From positions 1 to 36,990 of the forward strand of contig JBDTVD010000003.1 of NCBI GenBank assembly GCA_040007375.1: a stretch of DNA of 36,990 bases. The letters are read 5' to 3'. Position 1 is the stretch's first letter. The number at the start of each line of letters is the position of its first letter. Below the pieces are notes generated by a model, which did no database searches, was not told the origin of the DNA, and was given only the letters and a program-made list of their open reading frames with translations. This DNA is from Bacteroidota bacterium (lineage in GTDB: Bacteria; Bacteroidota; Bacteroidia; AKYH767-A; OLB10). The translations under genes and the position numbers were made by a program. Shown here one piece after another: positions 27,165 to 36,713 of the stretch.

Positions 27165-29675
27165 TTAAAACACAAGTTGCAGGCTTGCTCTGAATCCGAA
27201 CTGTGTTGGCACCGTTGCTTTTTCTCCAAACCGTTCTTTATATAATATTTTGTAGGGTTCATCTATATAAGTTAACCTCCAGATAAAATCAACACGCAGC
27301 ACCTTCAATATATTTTCCACTCCTGCACTTACTTCTGTATATGGTTTTGTTAAAGATGAAAACGCATTTGGGTTGGTTAATATTTCACGGTTAGCATTAC
27401 TCAGACTTCCACTTATTGCTTTAATACCCACAATTTCTCTCCATTTCAACTTGCGCATCAGTGGAACTTTATCAAAGAAGAAACCATCGAAGTGATGTGT
27501 TGCAAATACGCTGACATAATAATCACTTACAAATTCAAAATAGTTCATCATGTTGAATGCTGCATAATCATAAAAATAACTTTCATTTCCCGGATGTACT
27601 TCCAGCAATGGATAGGGAATTGTTCCCCAGATTCTTCCTGCCTGAACAACATAATAGGTATAACCAAATGGTTTGATTTTAATCTGGTCGTCAATTTTGA
27701 TAGTGACTTTATGATAATCAAAATCACTTTTCAGAAAATCTTTTATTCCTGCAACATAATTAACCTGCAATGTTGGATATGCACTTCCAATACTGATCCT
27801 GTCCGATCTTCCGGTAACAAATTTTTCACGATAGAGAAAACGGGTATATAAGGAAACCTCTGTGGAACTGATAGTGTTTTTAATTGCAGTTTTTTCATCA
27901 TTGGTGTAATACGAATAATTCAAACTGCCCAATGGATCAAAATCAGTATGTGTAAGAGTAATTTTATTGGAGAAACCTGGAAGCCATTCAATTTCATACC
28001 ATGCTTTCTGTTGCTCCATGTGTGTGAGTTTATCAGCCGGAGATCGACGGAATAAACTTGTTAATATATTATCATCCTGAAATGCATTATCACTTTGACC
28101 TAATTGCTGCACATCATTTTTATATCCTGCACCGGCAAACTGTCGCGGCTTTTTAGAAAGCATATATTTTATTCCGCCACCATATTTAAATTCTTCATCC
28201 TTTGTACCATAAGCAAGATAACTGCTCAGTTGCAATCGTGTGCTGAAATTATCACTTGTTCGTCCGCCAAAACGAAAACGAGCACCTTCCACTGCATTAA
28301 AACTAAAGAAGGTATAATAAGGTCCAAGTTCAAATTTTCCAATCTCTTTGTATCCTGTAAAAAATAAAGTAATGATATCAACATAACTTTTAAAAGCAGG
28401 CAATGTTTTAATAGTATCTACCATGTGATAGATTTTCTGTTCGCGTTCATTGAGACTATCATGTCGTGAATCTTTCCAGAAATCAACTGTTCGGTTTAAC
28501 GCATCATCAACCACCACTATATTTTCTGATCCATCAAAAATAGCATCGCTTATAGGTTGATTAAAAATAAATCCTTTGTATGATGTAGATTTTCTGCCAA
28601 TGAAACCCATTCCATCTTCCTTAGCAGCAAAATCAATTACAAGCATATCCTTGTTCTGCATCCATTGCTTACCATCAACATAGGTATATTCCTGCACAAT
28701 GGCCATGTCGTCAATCCAGTTGATATTTGCATCCTGTGCAATACGCATCTGTATTTTTTTTACAGCCCAGGTAGTATCGTTCACCCAGAAATCACCAGTG
28801 AAAGTAAGCTCCTGCGGACGTCGTGGTTTGAATTTTAATTTATAGCACCACTGATTGTCAATTGTAGTGCTGTCGATGAGATAATAACGATAATATAATA
28901 AACCAAGATCACTGATCGGACTTACGAAAGCTTTATTAAATATATCGATATAATTCTGATATATATTAACGCGTTGATACATGTCGCCAAGAAACTGTGT
29001 AACAGAAGCATTTTCCAATCCGGAAATTTTACTGGCTTTAATAATTTCTTTTTTATTTTTCGGATTGTTGCGGAAATAAAAATCAGAAAGTGTTTCTGAA
29101 ATAAAGAATGGAAGAAAAGGTTTGCTGTTTGTTTCTGTGCTGTCAACGTTATCCCAGATAAATGCAAATGGCTTTAATAATTTTTTGCCTTTGAATTTCT
29201 CACTGATGTTGGTAAGATCAAATTCTACTTTATTATATACTTCATATTGATACGACTGCAAATTGGAAGGATCATTTTCATCTTTATGTTTAATAATATT
29301 CCTTACTATAATATTTGCAGGATTTTCACCTGCTTTTATTTCAACTTCATGCAGATCAGACTGACTTGATTTCAGGGAGAAGTTAATTGTTTGAGCTTGT
29401 CCTTTTCTTATCCGGAGAGCAACTGTTTTGTATCCGATGAGTGTACATATTAAACTGTCAGATGGCGTTGAAGTGATGATGCGGTAATTACCATCCATAT
29501 CAGTATTGGTTCCGGCCTGCATTCCTTTCATCACAACAGTTGCAAAAGGAATCGGTTCATTGGTAAGTTCGTCAGTTACCTTTCCACTGATATTGGTTAC
29601 CTGCGAAAATCCGGTTAGTGTAAGTAAACAAAGCAAAAGCAGAGGAAGGATCCTGTATTGTAAAAGATGTTGCAT
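27165..29675 (-). CDS. DUF5686-type outer-membrane protein with N-terminal carboxypeptidase-like regulatory domain
   Basis: ISGKVTD..TNEPIPFATV, GTNTDMDGNY, YQYEVYNK, SPIS..YYRY, NAVEGAR.R.GGRT, GVENILK and terminal Phe. Confidence 0.85.
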   Translation of the reverse strand: MQHLLQYRILPLLLLCLLTLTGFSQVTNISGKVTDELTNEPIPFATVVMKGMQAGTNTDMDGNYRIITSTPSDSLICTLIGYKTVALRIRKGQAQTINFSLKSSQSDLHEVEIKAGENPANIIVRNIIKHKDENDPSNLQSYQYEVYNKVEFDLTNISEKFKGKKLLKPFAFIWDNVDSTETNSKPFLPFFISETLSDFYFRNNPKNKKEIIKASKISGLENASVTQFLGDMYQRVNIYQNYIDIFNKAFVSPISDLGLLYYRYYLIDSTTIDNQWCYKLKFKPRRPQELTFTGDFWVNDTTWAVKKIQMRIAQDANINWIDDMAIVQEYTYVDGKQWMQNKDMLVIDFAAKEDGMGFIGRKSTSYKGFIFNQPISDAIFDGSENIVVVDDALNRTVDFWKDSRHDSLNEREQKIYHMVDTIKTLPAFKSYVDIITLFFTGYKEIGKFELGPYYTFFSFNAVEGARFRFGGRTSDNFSTRLQLSSYLAYGTKDEEFKYGGGIKYMLSKKPRQFAGAGYKNDVQQLGQSDNAFQDDNILTSLFRRSPADKLTHMEQQKAWYEIEWLPGFSNKITLTHTDFDPLGSLNYSYYTNDEKTAIKNTISSTEVSLYTRFLYREKFVTGRSDRISIGSAYPTLQVNYVAGIKDFLKSDFDYHKVTIKIDDQIKIKPFGYTYYVVQAGRIWGTIPYPLLEVHPGNESYFYDYAAFNMMNYFEFVSDYYVSVFATHHFDGFFFDKVPLMRKLKWREIVGIKAISGSLSNANREILTNPNAFSSLTKPYTEVSAGVENILKVLRVDFIWRLTYIDEPYKILYKERFGEKATVPTQFGFRASLQLVF

Positions 29676-29698
29676 AGTTGTCAGTAACTCTTCCTGTT

Positions 29699-30058
29699 TT
29701 AACGCTTATTATCTTCCAAAGTTATTAATTCTTCCCAGTATTCAAGAGCCCGGCGTGTATGAGGTATAACGATAGTACCACCTACGAGATTGGCTACCAT
29801 GAAGATTTCAAAAAGCTCGTCCGTAGTAAGACCAGCATCACGGCATTTCTCAAGGTGATATTTTATACAGTCATCACATCGCAAAACCATGCTCGAAACA
29901 AGACCCAGCATTTCTTTTGTTTTAACGGAAAGCACTCCATCTGCATAAGTATTTGTATCAAGATTGTAGAGTCTTTTGATATTAATATTCCCCTGACTAA
30001 GGATCTTATCATTCATTTTCGAACGATAGTTGTTGAAGTCAGTTACAGCTTTACTCAT
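29699..30058 (-). CDS. Carboxymuconolactone decarboxylase (AhpD-like) family protein
   Basis: KTKEMLGLVSSMVLRCDDCIKYH with a CxxC motif. Confidence 0.9.
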   Translation of the reverse strand: MSKAVTDFNNYRSKMNDKILSQGNINIKRLYNLDTNTYADGVLSVKTKEMLGLVSSMVLRCDDCIKYHLEKCRDAGLTTDELFEIFMVANLVGGTIVIPHTRRALEYWEELITLEDNKR

Positions 30059-30101
30059 TTTTCAACTGTTGTTTAATAGTTAAATTGAGATGATAAATAC
30101 A

Positions 30102-30920
30102 TTATTGATTCGTTGCTTCTGATTTTATTTTTCCTCGCACCACAACACGTGAAACATAAATACTTATTTCATATAAAAGAAAAAGTGGGAAAGCAACCAG
30201 AAGCTGACTGGTAATATCAGGTGATGGTGTAATTAATGCTGCAAGAATCAGGTTTATTACCATTGCATGTTTTCTGTATTTGCGCATAAATTCAGGAGTG
30301 AGAATTCCGATTTTAGAAAGGAAATATACTACCATCGGTAATTCAAAAACCAATCCTGCTGAAAGCGAAAGTATGGTTACGGTATTTATATAAGAGTCAA
30401 GTGTAATCTGGTTTTGAATTTCAGCACTTACCTGATAATTGCCCAGAAAATTAATAGACATCGGACTGATCACAAAATATCCGAAAAGTATTCCTGTGAG
30501 AAATAAAAAGGAAACGGCAACCACTGTCCCCTGCGAATATTTTTTTTCTTTTGTACTTAATGCCGGCTTAATAAACCGCCACATCTCCCACACAAAATAA
30601 GGAAAGGCAATAACAAATCCCGTTACAAATGCTACCCACATATGCATCGTAAACTGACCGGAAATATCTGTACTTATTAATCGGAAATTTACTTTATTAA
30701 AACACATGTCAAGGTTATACTTCTCCGACAACCAGCAGAGAAAACGATACGTTGGAAAGTTCGGATTTTTTGGTCCGAGGATGATAGTATCAAAAATAAA
30801 TTCCTTCTGAAAAAAAGCAATTAAAGCAAATGATACAATTGCAATTGCAGTTCGAACAACATGCCATCGCAACGCTTCAAGGTGTTGAAGAAATGTCATC
30901 TCACTTGCTTCCTTACTCAT
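30102..30920 (-). CDS. tatC: Twin-arginine translocase subunit TatC
   Basis: MTFLQHLEALRW, FIKPAL, FELP, AALITP.PD and LYEISI. Confidence 0.96.
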   Translation of the reverse strand: MSKEASEMTFLQHLEALRWHVVRTAIAIVSFALIAFFQKEFIFDTIILGPKNPNFPTYRFLCWLSEKYNLDMCFNKVNFRLISTDISGQFTMHMWVAFVTGFVIAFPYFVWEMWRFIKPALSTKEKKYSQGTVVAVSFLFLTGILFGYFVISPMSINFLGNYQVSAEIQNQITLDSYINTVTILSLSAGLVFELPMVVYFLSKIGILTPEFMRKYRKHAMVINLILAALITPSPDITSQLLVAFPLFLLYEISIYVSRVVVRGKIKSEATNQ

Positions 30921-30927
30921 AAATTTT

Positions 30928-30962
30928 AGTATCAGATATCAAGATACAAGTATCAAGATTGA
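30928..30962. repeat. AGTATCA-family heptamer tract upstream of tatC
   Basis: AGTATC AGATATCA AGATACA AGTATCA AGATTGA, the same unit as 1091-1125. Confidence 0.75.
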
Positions 30963-30970
30963 TTATATAT

Positions 30971-31005
30971 AATTTTGAATTTATAATTTTGAATTTATAA
31001 TTCTT
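30971..31005 (-). repeat. Heptamer tract AATTTTG/AATTTAT x2 plus AATTCTT abutting the kdsD stop
   Basis: Five 7-bp units directly adjacent to the stop at 31006. Confidence 0.85.
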
Positions 31006-31971
31006 TCAAAAAATTCCTTCTTTAATGAGATCATGCAGATGCACAAAGCCAAGAAATTTTGTTTGATCCATTACTACCAGTTGTGTGATGTTATTTGTTT
31101 TCATCAATTGTAAAGCTTCAACAGCCATAGTTTCTTTCTGAACGGCTTTTGGTTTTTTTGTCATGATGTCTTTTGCACTAAGCTTATCATAAGTTTTATG
31201 CTTCTGCATCATGCGTCGTAAATCGCCATCGGTAATTATTCCCAAAAGTTTTCCTTTACTGATAACAGCAGTGGCACCAAGTCGTTTTGAGGAGATTTCT
31301 AAAATAACTTCATTAATAGAAGCTGCCGGACCAACTGTTGGTTTCGGATTCTGATCATGCAGATCTTCCACTTTCAGATATAACTTTTTACCAAGAGCGC
31401 CACCTGGATGGAACCTTGCAAAATCCGCGCTGGTAAAACCACGGTATTCGAGCAGGCATACAGCCAGTGCATCACCCAACGCAAGTTGCGCAGTGGTGCT
31501 GCTGGTAGGAGCAAGATTATGCGGACAGGCTTCTTTTTTAACATAAGTATTCAGTACAAAATCTGCATGTGAAGCAAGAAAGCTATCCACGTTTCCTGTC
31601 ATGGCAATTAGTGTATTACCACCATTTTTAATCAGCGGTGCCAGCACTTTAATTTCCGGTGTATTACCACTGTTACTGATTATAATTACCACATCATTTT
31701 TCTGTATTGTTCCCAGGTCACCATGAATTGCATCAGCAGCATGCATAAACACTGATGGTGTACCTGTGGAGTTAAAAGTAGCTACCATTTTCTGGGCAAT
31801 AATGGCACTCTTTCCAATTCCGCTCACCACCACACGGCCACCTGATTTAATAATGAGCTTAACAGATCCTGCAAAATCATTATCAAGGTTTTTAATCAAA
31901 TCCTTTACAGAGTCTGCTTCCAGCTGCAGGGTTCGTTTGGCAATTGCAAGTATTTGTTGTTCAGCTTTCAC
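31006..31971 (-). CDS. kdsD: KpsF/GutQ family arabinose-5-phosphate isomerase (SIS plus CBS)
   Basis: GIGKS, HGDLG, SNSG.T.E, EACP.NLAPT.S, FHPGG.LG and ITDGDLRR. Confidence 0.94.
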   Translation of the reverse strand: MKAEQQILAIAKRTLQLEADSVKDLIKNLDNDFAGSVKLIIKSGGRVVVSGIGKSAIIAQKMVATFNSTGTPSVFMHAADAIHGDLGTIQKNDVVIIISNSGNTPEIKVLAPLIKNGGNTLIAMTGNVDSFLASHADFVLNTYVKKEACPHNLAPTSSTTAQLALGDALAVCLLEYRGFTSADFARFHPGGALGKKLYLKVEDLHDQNPKPTVGPAASINEVILEISSKRLGATAVISKGKLLGIITDGDLRRMMQKHKTYDKLSAKDIMTKKPKAVQKETMAVEALQLMKTNNITQLVVMDQTKFLGFVHLHDLIKEGIF

Positions 31972-32029
31972 AAATTCAGAAATTTTTTGTTGTACAATCA
32001 GTTAAATAACCTAACTTCACAAAGTGCTG

Positions 32030-32037
32030 CAAAAGTA
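32030..32037 (-). promoter_or_regulatory. -7 promoter element TACTTTTG for the kdsD-tatC operon
   Basis: Consensus match on the minus strand about 60 nt upstream of kdsD. Confidence 0.55.
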
Positions 32038-32152
32038 TGCGGTTACCAGTTTCACTTTGTTATTATTATTGCTAATAGATTAAAAAAACTGTTTTTTATC
32101 AACCGGATGTTTTAATCGGTAAAAAGAAAAAATCAACATTCAAGAATTCTGT

Positions 32153-32160
32153 TATCTTTG
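32153..32160 (+). promoter_or_regulatory. -7 promoter element TATCTTTG for recQ
   Basis: Consensus match 32 nt upstream of the ATG. Confidence 0.6.
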
Positions 32161-32192
32161 CGTTCCGCAAAAAAAATTAAGTAGAGAGAGAC

Positions 32193-34385
32193 ATGTTAGT
32201 TGCAGAGAATACACTTACAGAAGCATTACATAAGTTTTTTGGTTATGAATCATTTAAAGGTGATCAGGAAGCAATCATTAAGCAGGTATTAGAAGGGAAG
32301 AACACTTTTGTGATCATGCCAACAGGTGGTGGTAAATCAATGTGTTACCAGCTTCCTGCTTTAATGAGTAAAGGCACAGCAATTATTATTTCACCACTTA
32401 TTGCACTGATGAAAAATCAGGTAGATGCAATAAGAGGTTTTAATACTGATGATGGTGTTGCACATTTTATGAATTCATCACTCTCCAAAGCTGAAATTGC
32501 CAAGGTGAGAAAGGATATTAAAGCAGGGAAAACGAAATTATTATATGTCGCTCCTGAATCGCTGACCAAGGATGAAAATGTTAAGTTTCTTAAGGAAGTT
32601 GATATTTCATTTTTTGCCATTGATGAAGCACATTGTATTTCAGAATGGGGTCATGATTTTCGCCCTGAATACCGTCGTTTACGACCAATTATAGAACAGA
32701 TCGGTGATCTTCCTATAATAGCTCTTACTGCAACAGCTACTGAAAAAGTGCAGGCTGATATTCAAAAGAATCTCGGAATGATGGACGCTATTGTTTATAA
32801 AGCATCTTTCAACCGTCCTAATCTCTATTATGAAATCCGTCCGAAGAGAGATGTAATTAAGGAGATCATAAAGTTTGTAAAGCAAAACACCGGTAAGTCC
32901 GGAATCATATATTGTCTCAGTAGAAAGAAAGTAGAGGAAGTAGCTCTTACACTTACCGTAAATGGAGTGAAGGCACTTCCTTATCATGCCGGTCTTGATG
33001 CAACAACACGTGCTACTCACCAGGATAAATTCCTGATGGAAGAAGTGGATGTGATTGTTGCAACGATTGCATTCGGTATGGGAATCGATAAGCCAGATGT
33101 TCGTTTTGTAATTCATCATGATATTCCGAAAAGTCTGGAAGGTTATTACCAGGAAACAGGAAGATCCGGTCGTGATGGCCGCGAAGGAAAATGTGTGACT
33201 TTTTACAGCTATAAGGATATTGAGAAGCTGGAGAAATTTATGAAAGGTAAACCTGTTGCAGAACAGGAAATTGGTAAGCAGCTTTTACTGGATACCGTTG
33301 GTTATGCAGAAACATCTGTTTGCAGAAGAAGAGTTTTATTACATTATTTCGGAGAAAAATATTTGCAGGATAATTGTCAGAGTTGTGACAACTGTTTACA
33401 TCCAAAACAAATGGTAGAAGCACAGGACGAATTAGAAATGATGCTGGAAGCAGTGCTTGCTGTTAAAGAAAAACATCAGAGCGAACATGTAGTGAATGTA
33501 CTGGTTGGTAAAACTGATCAGGCTGTTAAAACATATAAGCACGATAAACTGGAAGTGTTTGGTGAAGGTGCTGATAAAGATGAACGCTTCTGGACAGCAT
33601 TAATACGTCAGGCATTGCTTGCTGGTTTTTTAACTAAGGATATTGATAATTACGGTTTGCTGAAAATGACTGATGGAGGTCAGGCATATCTCAAAAATCC
33701 AACTACATTCAAGATTGCACTCGATGCTAATTTTGAAAATACGGAAACGGATGATGATGATGACTTCGGCGGAGCAGGAGGTGGAGGTGCAGCGGATGAA
33801 CAGTTGTTTGCCATGCTTAAAGATCTGCGCAAGATTGAAGCAAAGAGATTGAATCTTCCTCCTTTCGTAATCTTCCAGGATCCTTCACTCGAAGAGATGG
33901 CTACCAATTATCCTATTAACATGGAGGAGATGAAAACCATCACCGGTGTAGGTAATGGTAAAGCATCAAAGTATGGTGTGCCGTTTATCAACATGATTAA
34001 TAAATATGTTGAAGAAAATGAAATTGAGCGTCCAAATGATTTAATCGTAAAGAGTGTTGCAAATAAGAGTGTATTGAAAGTATATATTATTCAGAATATT
34101 GATCGTAAGATTTCATTGAATGATATGTCACGTGCAAAAGGAATATCGCTGAGTGATCTCTTAACAGAAATTGAAACCATTGTTTCATCAGGAACACGAA
34201 TTGATATCAATTATTATATAAACGAAATAATTGATGAAGATCGTCAGGAAGAAGTATATGATTATTTCCGTACTGCAGAAACGGATTCAGTTCAGGAAGC
34301 ATTAGTAGATCTTGGTGAAGATGATTACACACAGGATGATATCCGCCTGATGCGTATTAAATTTATGAGTGAATTAGGAAATTAA
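32193..34385 (+). CDS. recQ: ATP-dependent DNA helicase RecQ
   Basis: MPTGGGKS, DEAHCISEWGHDFRP, TATAT, QETGRSGRDG, Zn-binding CRR..C..CDNC, RQC and HRDC. Confidence 0.97.
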   Translation: MLVAENTLTEALHKFFGYESFKGDQEAIIKQVLEGKNTFVIMPTGGGKSMCYQLPALMSKGTAIIISPLIALMKNQVDAIRGFNTDDGVAHFMNSSLSKAEIAKVRKDIKAGKTKLLYVAPESLTKDENVKFLKEVDISFFAIDEAHCISEWGHDFRPEYRRLRPIIEQIGDLPIIALTATATEKVQADIQKNLGMMDAIVYKASFNRPNLYYEIRPKRDVIKEIIKFVKQNTGKSGIIYCLSRKKVEEVALTLTVNGVKALPYHAGLDATTRATHQDKFLMEEVDVIVATIAFGMGIDKPDVRFVIHHDIPKSLEGYYQETGRSGRDGREGKCVTFYSYKDIEKLEKFMKGKPVAEQEIGKQLLLDTVGYAETSVCRRRVLLHYFGEKYLQDNCQSCDNCLHPKQMVEAQDELEMMLEAVLAVKEKHQSEHVVNVLVGKTDQAVKTYKHDKLEVFGEGADKDERFWTALIRQALLAGFLTKDIDNYGLLKMTDGGQAYLKNPTTFKIALDANFENTETDDDDDFGGAGGGGAADEQLFAMLKDLRKIEAKRLNLPPFVIFQDPSLEEMATNYPINMEEMKTITGVGNGKASKYGVPFINMINKYVEENEIERPNDLIVKSVANKSVLKVYIIQNIDRKISLNDMSRAKGISLSDLLTEIETIVSSGTRIDINYYINEIIDEDRQEEVYDYFRTAETDSVQEALVDLGEDDYTQDDIRLMRIKFMSELGN

Positions 34386-34386
34386 A

Positions 34387-34421
34387 AAGTAATTAGTGAC
34401 TAAAGAATAGTGACTAGTGAT
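34387..34421 (+). repeat. Heptamer tract AAGTAAT TAGTGAC TAAAGAA TAGTGAC TAGTGAT
   Basis: Five 7-bp units starting 1 nt after the recQ stop. Confidence 0.75.
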
Positions 34422-34429
34422 ATATAAAG

Positions 34430-34461
34430 AAACCATCGGTAATAGTTATCGGTGGTTTTTT
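34430..34461 (+). terminator. Rho-independent terminator of recQ
   Basis: Stem AAACCATCGGTAA / TTATCGGTGGTTT (two G-U pairs), 3-nt loop, running into a T tract. Confidence 0.8.
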
Positions 34462-34526
34462 ATTTTATATATTCTTAAAGACAATGCATAATCAACCGCT
34501 TTGAGGATGAAACAGAAAATTTCTCG

Positions 34527-36560
34527 TCAGGATTTTGTTGCTGATAAAAGATCAAGAGCTTCCTTAACGGAAAAAACAGGTTTTTTACAACTGTTATTGG
34601 AACAAATATAAATTCCTGTTTTTCCTTCCGCAAATCTTCCTTTAAACAATAAGTTATTTTCATCAGGCTTAACTGAAAACAGCAACAAGCAACCAGGCAA
34701 ATAATATGATGCAAGTTCCTGATAATACTGCATTGCTTTATCACCGCAAATAACCACTTCATAAAAATCATTCTGCATCATCAATGCATTTTCCGCCCAG
34801 CACGAATACCAGGGTGCAGATTGTTCAATATGTTCTTTCACATTATTCACCATCCGTTGTGCCTGTTCCCGCCAGTCAGTATTACCGGTAATTTTGCTTA
34901 ATAAAAAAAGATTTCTGCACATCGCTGCATTGGAAGAATTGATAACGTTATCCTGTACTTCCATTTTGCGCATAATAAGTTGTTCTCCGTTTGATGATGT
35001 ATAATAAAACATACCCGAATCATCATCTGCAAAATAAGTTATTGCAGTTTTCATCAGTTGCAATGCAAATTGCAGATGTTGTTCGTCACCTGTACATTGA
35101 TATAGTTCAGTGATGGCATTTATGGTAAATGCATAATCGTCGAGGTAACCTTTTAAATTCGCCCTGTTGTTTTTTGCTGTGCGATAGAGTTCGCCATCAT
35201 TATATAAAACTGTTTTGATGAAAGAAGCATTCTTCACAGCAGCATCCAGCAACTTTTCATCTTTAAAAGAATGGTAAGCATCAATATATCCTTTCATCAT
35301 TAATGCATTCCACGAACAGATCTGTTTATCATCAAGGCCGGGAGCTATTCTCTTCTTCCTTTCTTCCCATAAAAGTGTTTTGCATTCTTCAATTATTTTA
35401 TCCAGTTGCTCCGTTGTAATGTTAAACTTTGACTCTACAGATTTTGTATCCTCTATACGTTGCAGAATATAAAATTCTTCCTCCCAGATTTCATCTTTTC
35501 GAATTTTATAATAATCAAAGAATATTAATTTTTTATTTTTCTCTTTTATGATCGATGAAAGTTCTTTCTCTGTCCACACATAAAACTTTCCTTCCACACC
35601 TTCTGAATCTGCATCAAGAGCTGAATAAAAACTACCTTCCGGTGTTGTCATTTCTCTTTTAATAAATTCAAGAGTAGCAATAACAGTTTCTTTATATATT
35701 GAATTCTTCTGTATCCGGAATGCATGCGAATAAAGTGAAACCAGTTGTGCATTGTCATAAAGCATTTTTTCAAAATGAGGAATTTTCCATTTGCCATCTG
35801 TAGAATAACGCGCAAAACCGCCGCCCAACTGATCAAATATTCCACCTGTTGCCATTTTCTGCAATGTAAGTTCTATCTGCTTAAGGCAGTTTTCATCAGC
35901 AGTATGATAATAATAATGCAAAAGAAACTCCCAGTTGGAAGGCATAGGAAATTTAGGAACACGGTTCATGCCTCCGTCAACCTTATCAAACTGGGTTTCA
36001 AAAAATTTATATATAGAAGAAAAATCAAACTGTGCAGTATCCTCCGACTTATAAACCTGTTCAAGATTGCTTATTCCTGCAGTAAGTTCCTCCGCATATT
36101 TCCTGCATTGATCCGGATCATTCTTATAAAGTTCAACAACCTTAAGTAAAATCTGTTGCCATTGTGATCGTGTAAAATATGTTCCGCCATAAAATGGTTT
36201 CTGATCCGGCAATACGATGCAGTTCAATGGCCATCCACCACGTCCTGTCATCAGTTGCACAGCATCCATATATATAGCATCTACATCAGGCCGTTCTTCC
36301 CGGTCAACTTTTATGCTGATGAAATTGTCATTCATAATCGCCGCTGTCGTCACATCTTCAAAACTTTCATGTTCCATTACATGACACCAGTGACAGGAGG
36401 AATATCCAATACTTATTATTACCGGTTTATTTTCCAGTTGTGCTTTTTCAAAAGCAGAAGCAGACCATGGAAGCCATTTAACAGGATTATAAGCATGCTG
36501 CAGCAGATACGGACTGCTTTCATGAATTAATGCATTTGCAGGAAGAGAAGAATCAGACAT
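34527..36560 (-). CDS. Thioredoxin-domain protein YyaL/SSP411 family (DUF255 plus alpha-toroid)
   Basis: [40 protein letters not shown] and [13 protein letters not shown]. Confidence 0.93.
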   Translation of the reverse strand: MSDSSLPANALIHESSPYLLQHAYNPVKWLPWSASAFEKAQLENKPVIISIGYSSCHWCHVMEHESFEDVTTAAIMNDNFISIKVDREERPDVDAIYMDAVQLMTGRGGWPLNCIVLPDQKPFYGGTYFTRSQWQQILLKVVELYKNDPDQCRKYAEELTAGISNLEQVYKSEDTAQFDFSSIYKFFETQFDKVDGGMNRVPKFPMPSNWEFLLHYYYHTADENCLKQIELTLQKMATGGIFDQLGGGFARYSTDGKWKIPHFEKMLYDNAQLVSLYSHAFRIQKNSIYKETVIATLEFIKREMTTPEGSFYSALDADSEGVEGKFYVWTEKELSSIIKEKNKKLIFFDYYKIRKDEIWEEEFYILQRIEDTKSVESKFNITTEQLDKIIEECKTLLWEERKKRIAPGLDDKQICSWNALMMKGYIDAYHSFKDEKLLDAAVKNASFIKTVLYNDGELYRTAKNNRANLKGYLDDYAFTINAITELYQCTGDEQHLQFALQLMKTAITYFADDDSGMFYYTSSNGEQLIMRKMEVQDNVINSSNAAMCRNLFLLSKITGNTDWREQAQRMVNNVKEHIEQSAPWYSCWAENALMMQNDFYEVVICGDKAMQYYQELASYYLPGCLLLFSVKPDENNLLFKGRFAEGKTGIYICSNNSCKKPVFSVKEALDLLSATKS

Positions 36561-36564
36561 GCTG

Positions 36565-36572
36565 CAAAAGTA
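36565..36572 (-). promoter_or_regulatory. -7 promoter element TACTTTTG
   Basis: Consensus match 4 nt before ATG 36560. Confidence 0.6.
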
Positions 36573-36713
36573 ACTGCCTTTATAACATCATTGTCTGATT
36601 TAAAATAGCTCTCAATTTTTTGCAGATTTAATTCCAACAGGCAAGATGCCTGGGGATGATTTATTTTCTATTTATGTTTTGTAAGCACGAGCAGGATGAT
36701 CGCGCTAGAGTAA

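Noticed and set aside
26985-27200. CRISPR mini-array (two 36-bp repeats)
   Set aside because: One copy is the coding 3' end of a gene, the 110-bp interval is too long for a spacer, and there are no cas genes.
25651-27200. DGR template/variable repeat pairs
   Set aside because: No reverse transcriptase in the window, the repeats are short, and mismatches are not confined to adenines (e.g. G/C) and include indels.
29680-29736. Possible third 3'-end duplication at the CMD gene (GGAAGAATTAATAAC vs GGAAGAGTTACTGAC on the minus strand)
   Set aside because: Only 12/15 identity, no duplicated stop, and it doubles as the translation-initiation region of the next gene. It could be chance.
32078-32100. 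Palindrome AAAAAAC-T-GTTTTTT in the kdsD/recQ divergent region
   Set aside because: Low-complexity A/T sequence. It cannot be distinguished from chance without conservation data.
33745-33795. GAT and GGA/GGT triplet repeats in recQ
   Set aside because: They encode an ordinary acidic/Gly linker before the HRDC domain.
415-36530. Numerous 60-146 aa ORFs overlapping or antisense to larger genes (e.g. 1784-2101, 13699-14028, 27492-27851, 32679-33119, 35745-36149)
   Set aside because: Shadow frames of well-supported CDSs with no recognisable motifs.
36633-36656. Hairpin CAGGCA-AGA-TGCCTG as a terminator
   Set aside because: Short stem and no clear U tract on the relevant (minus) strand.
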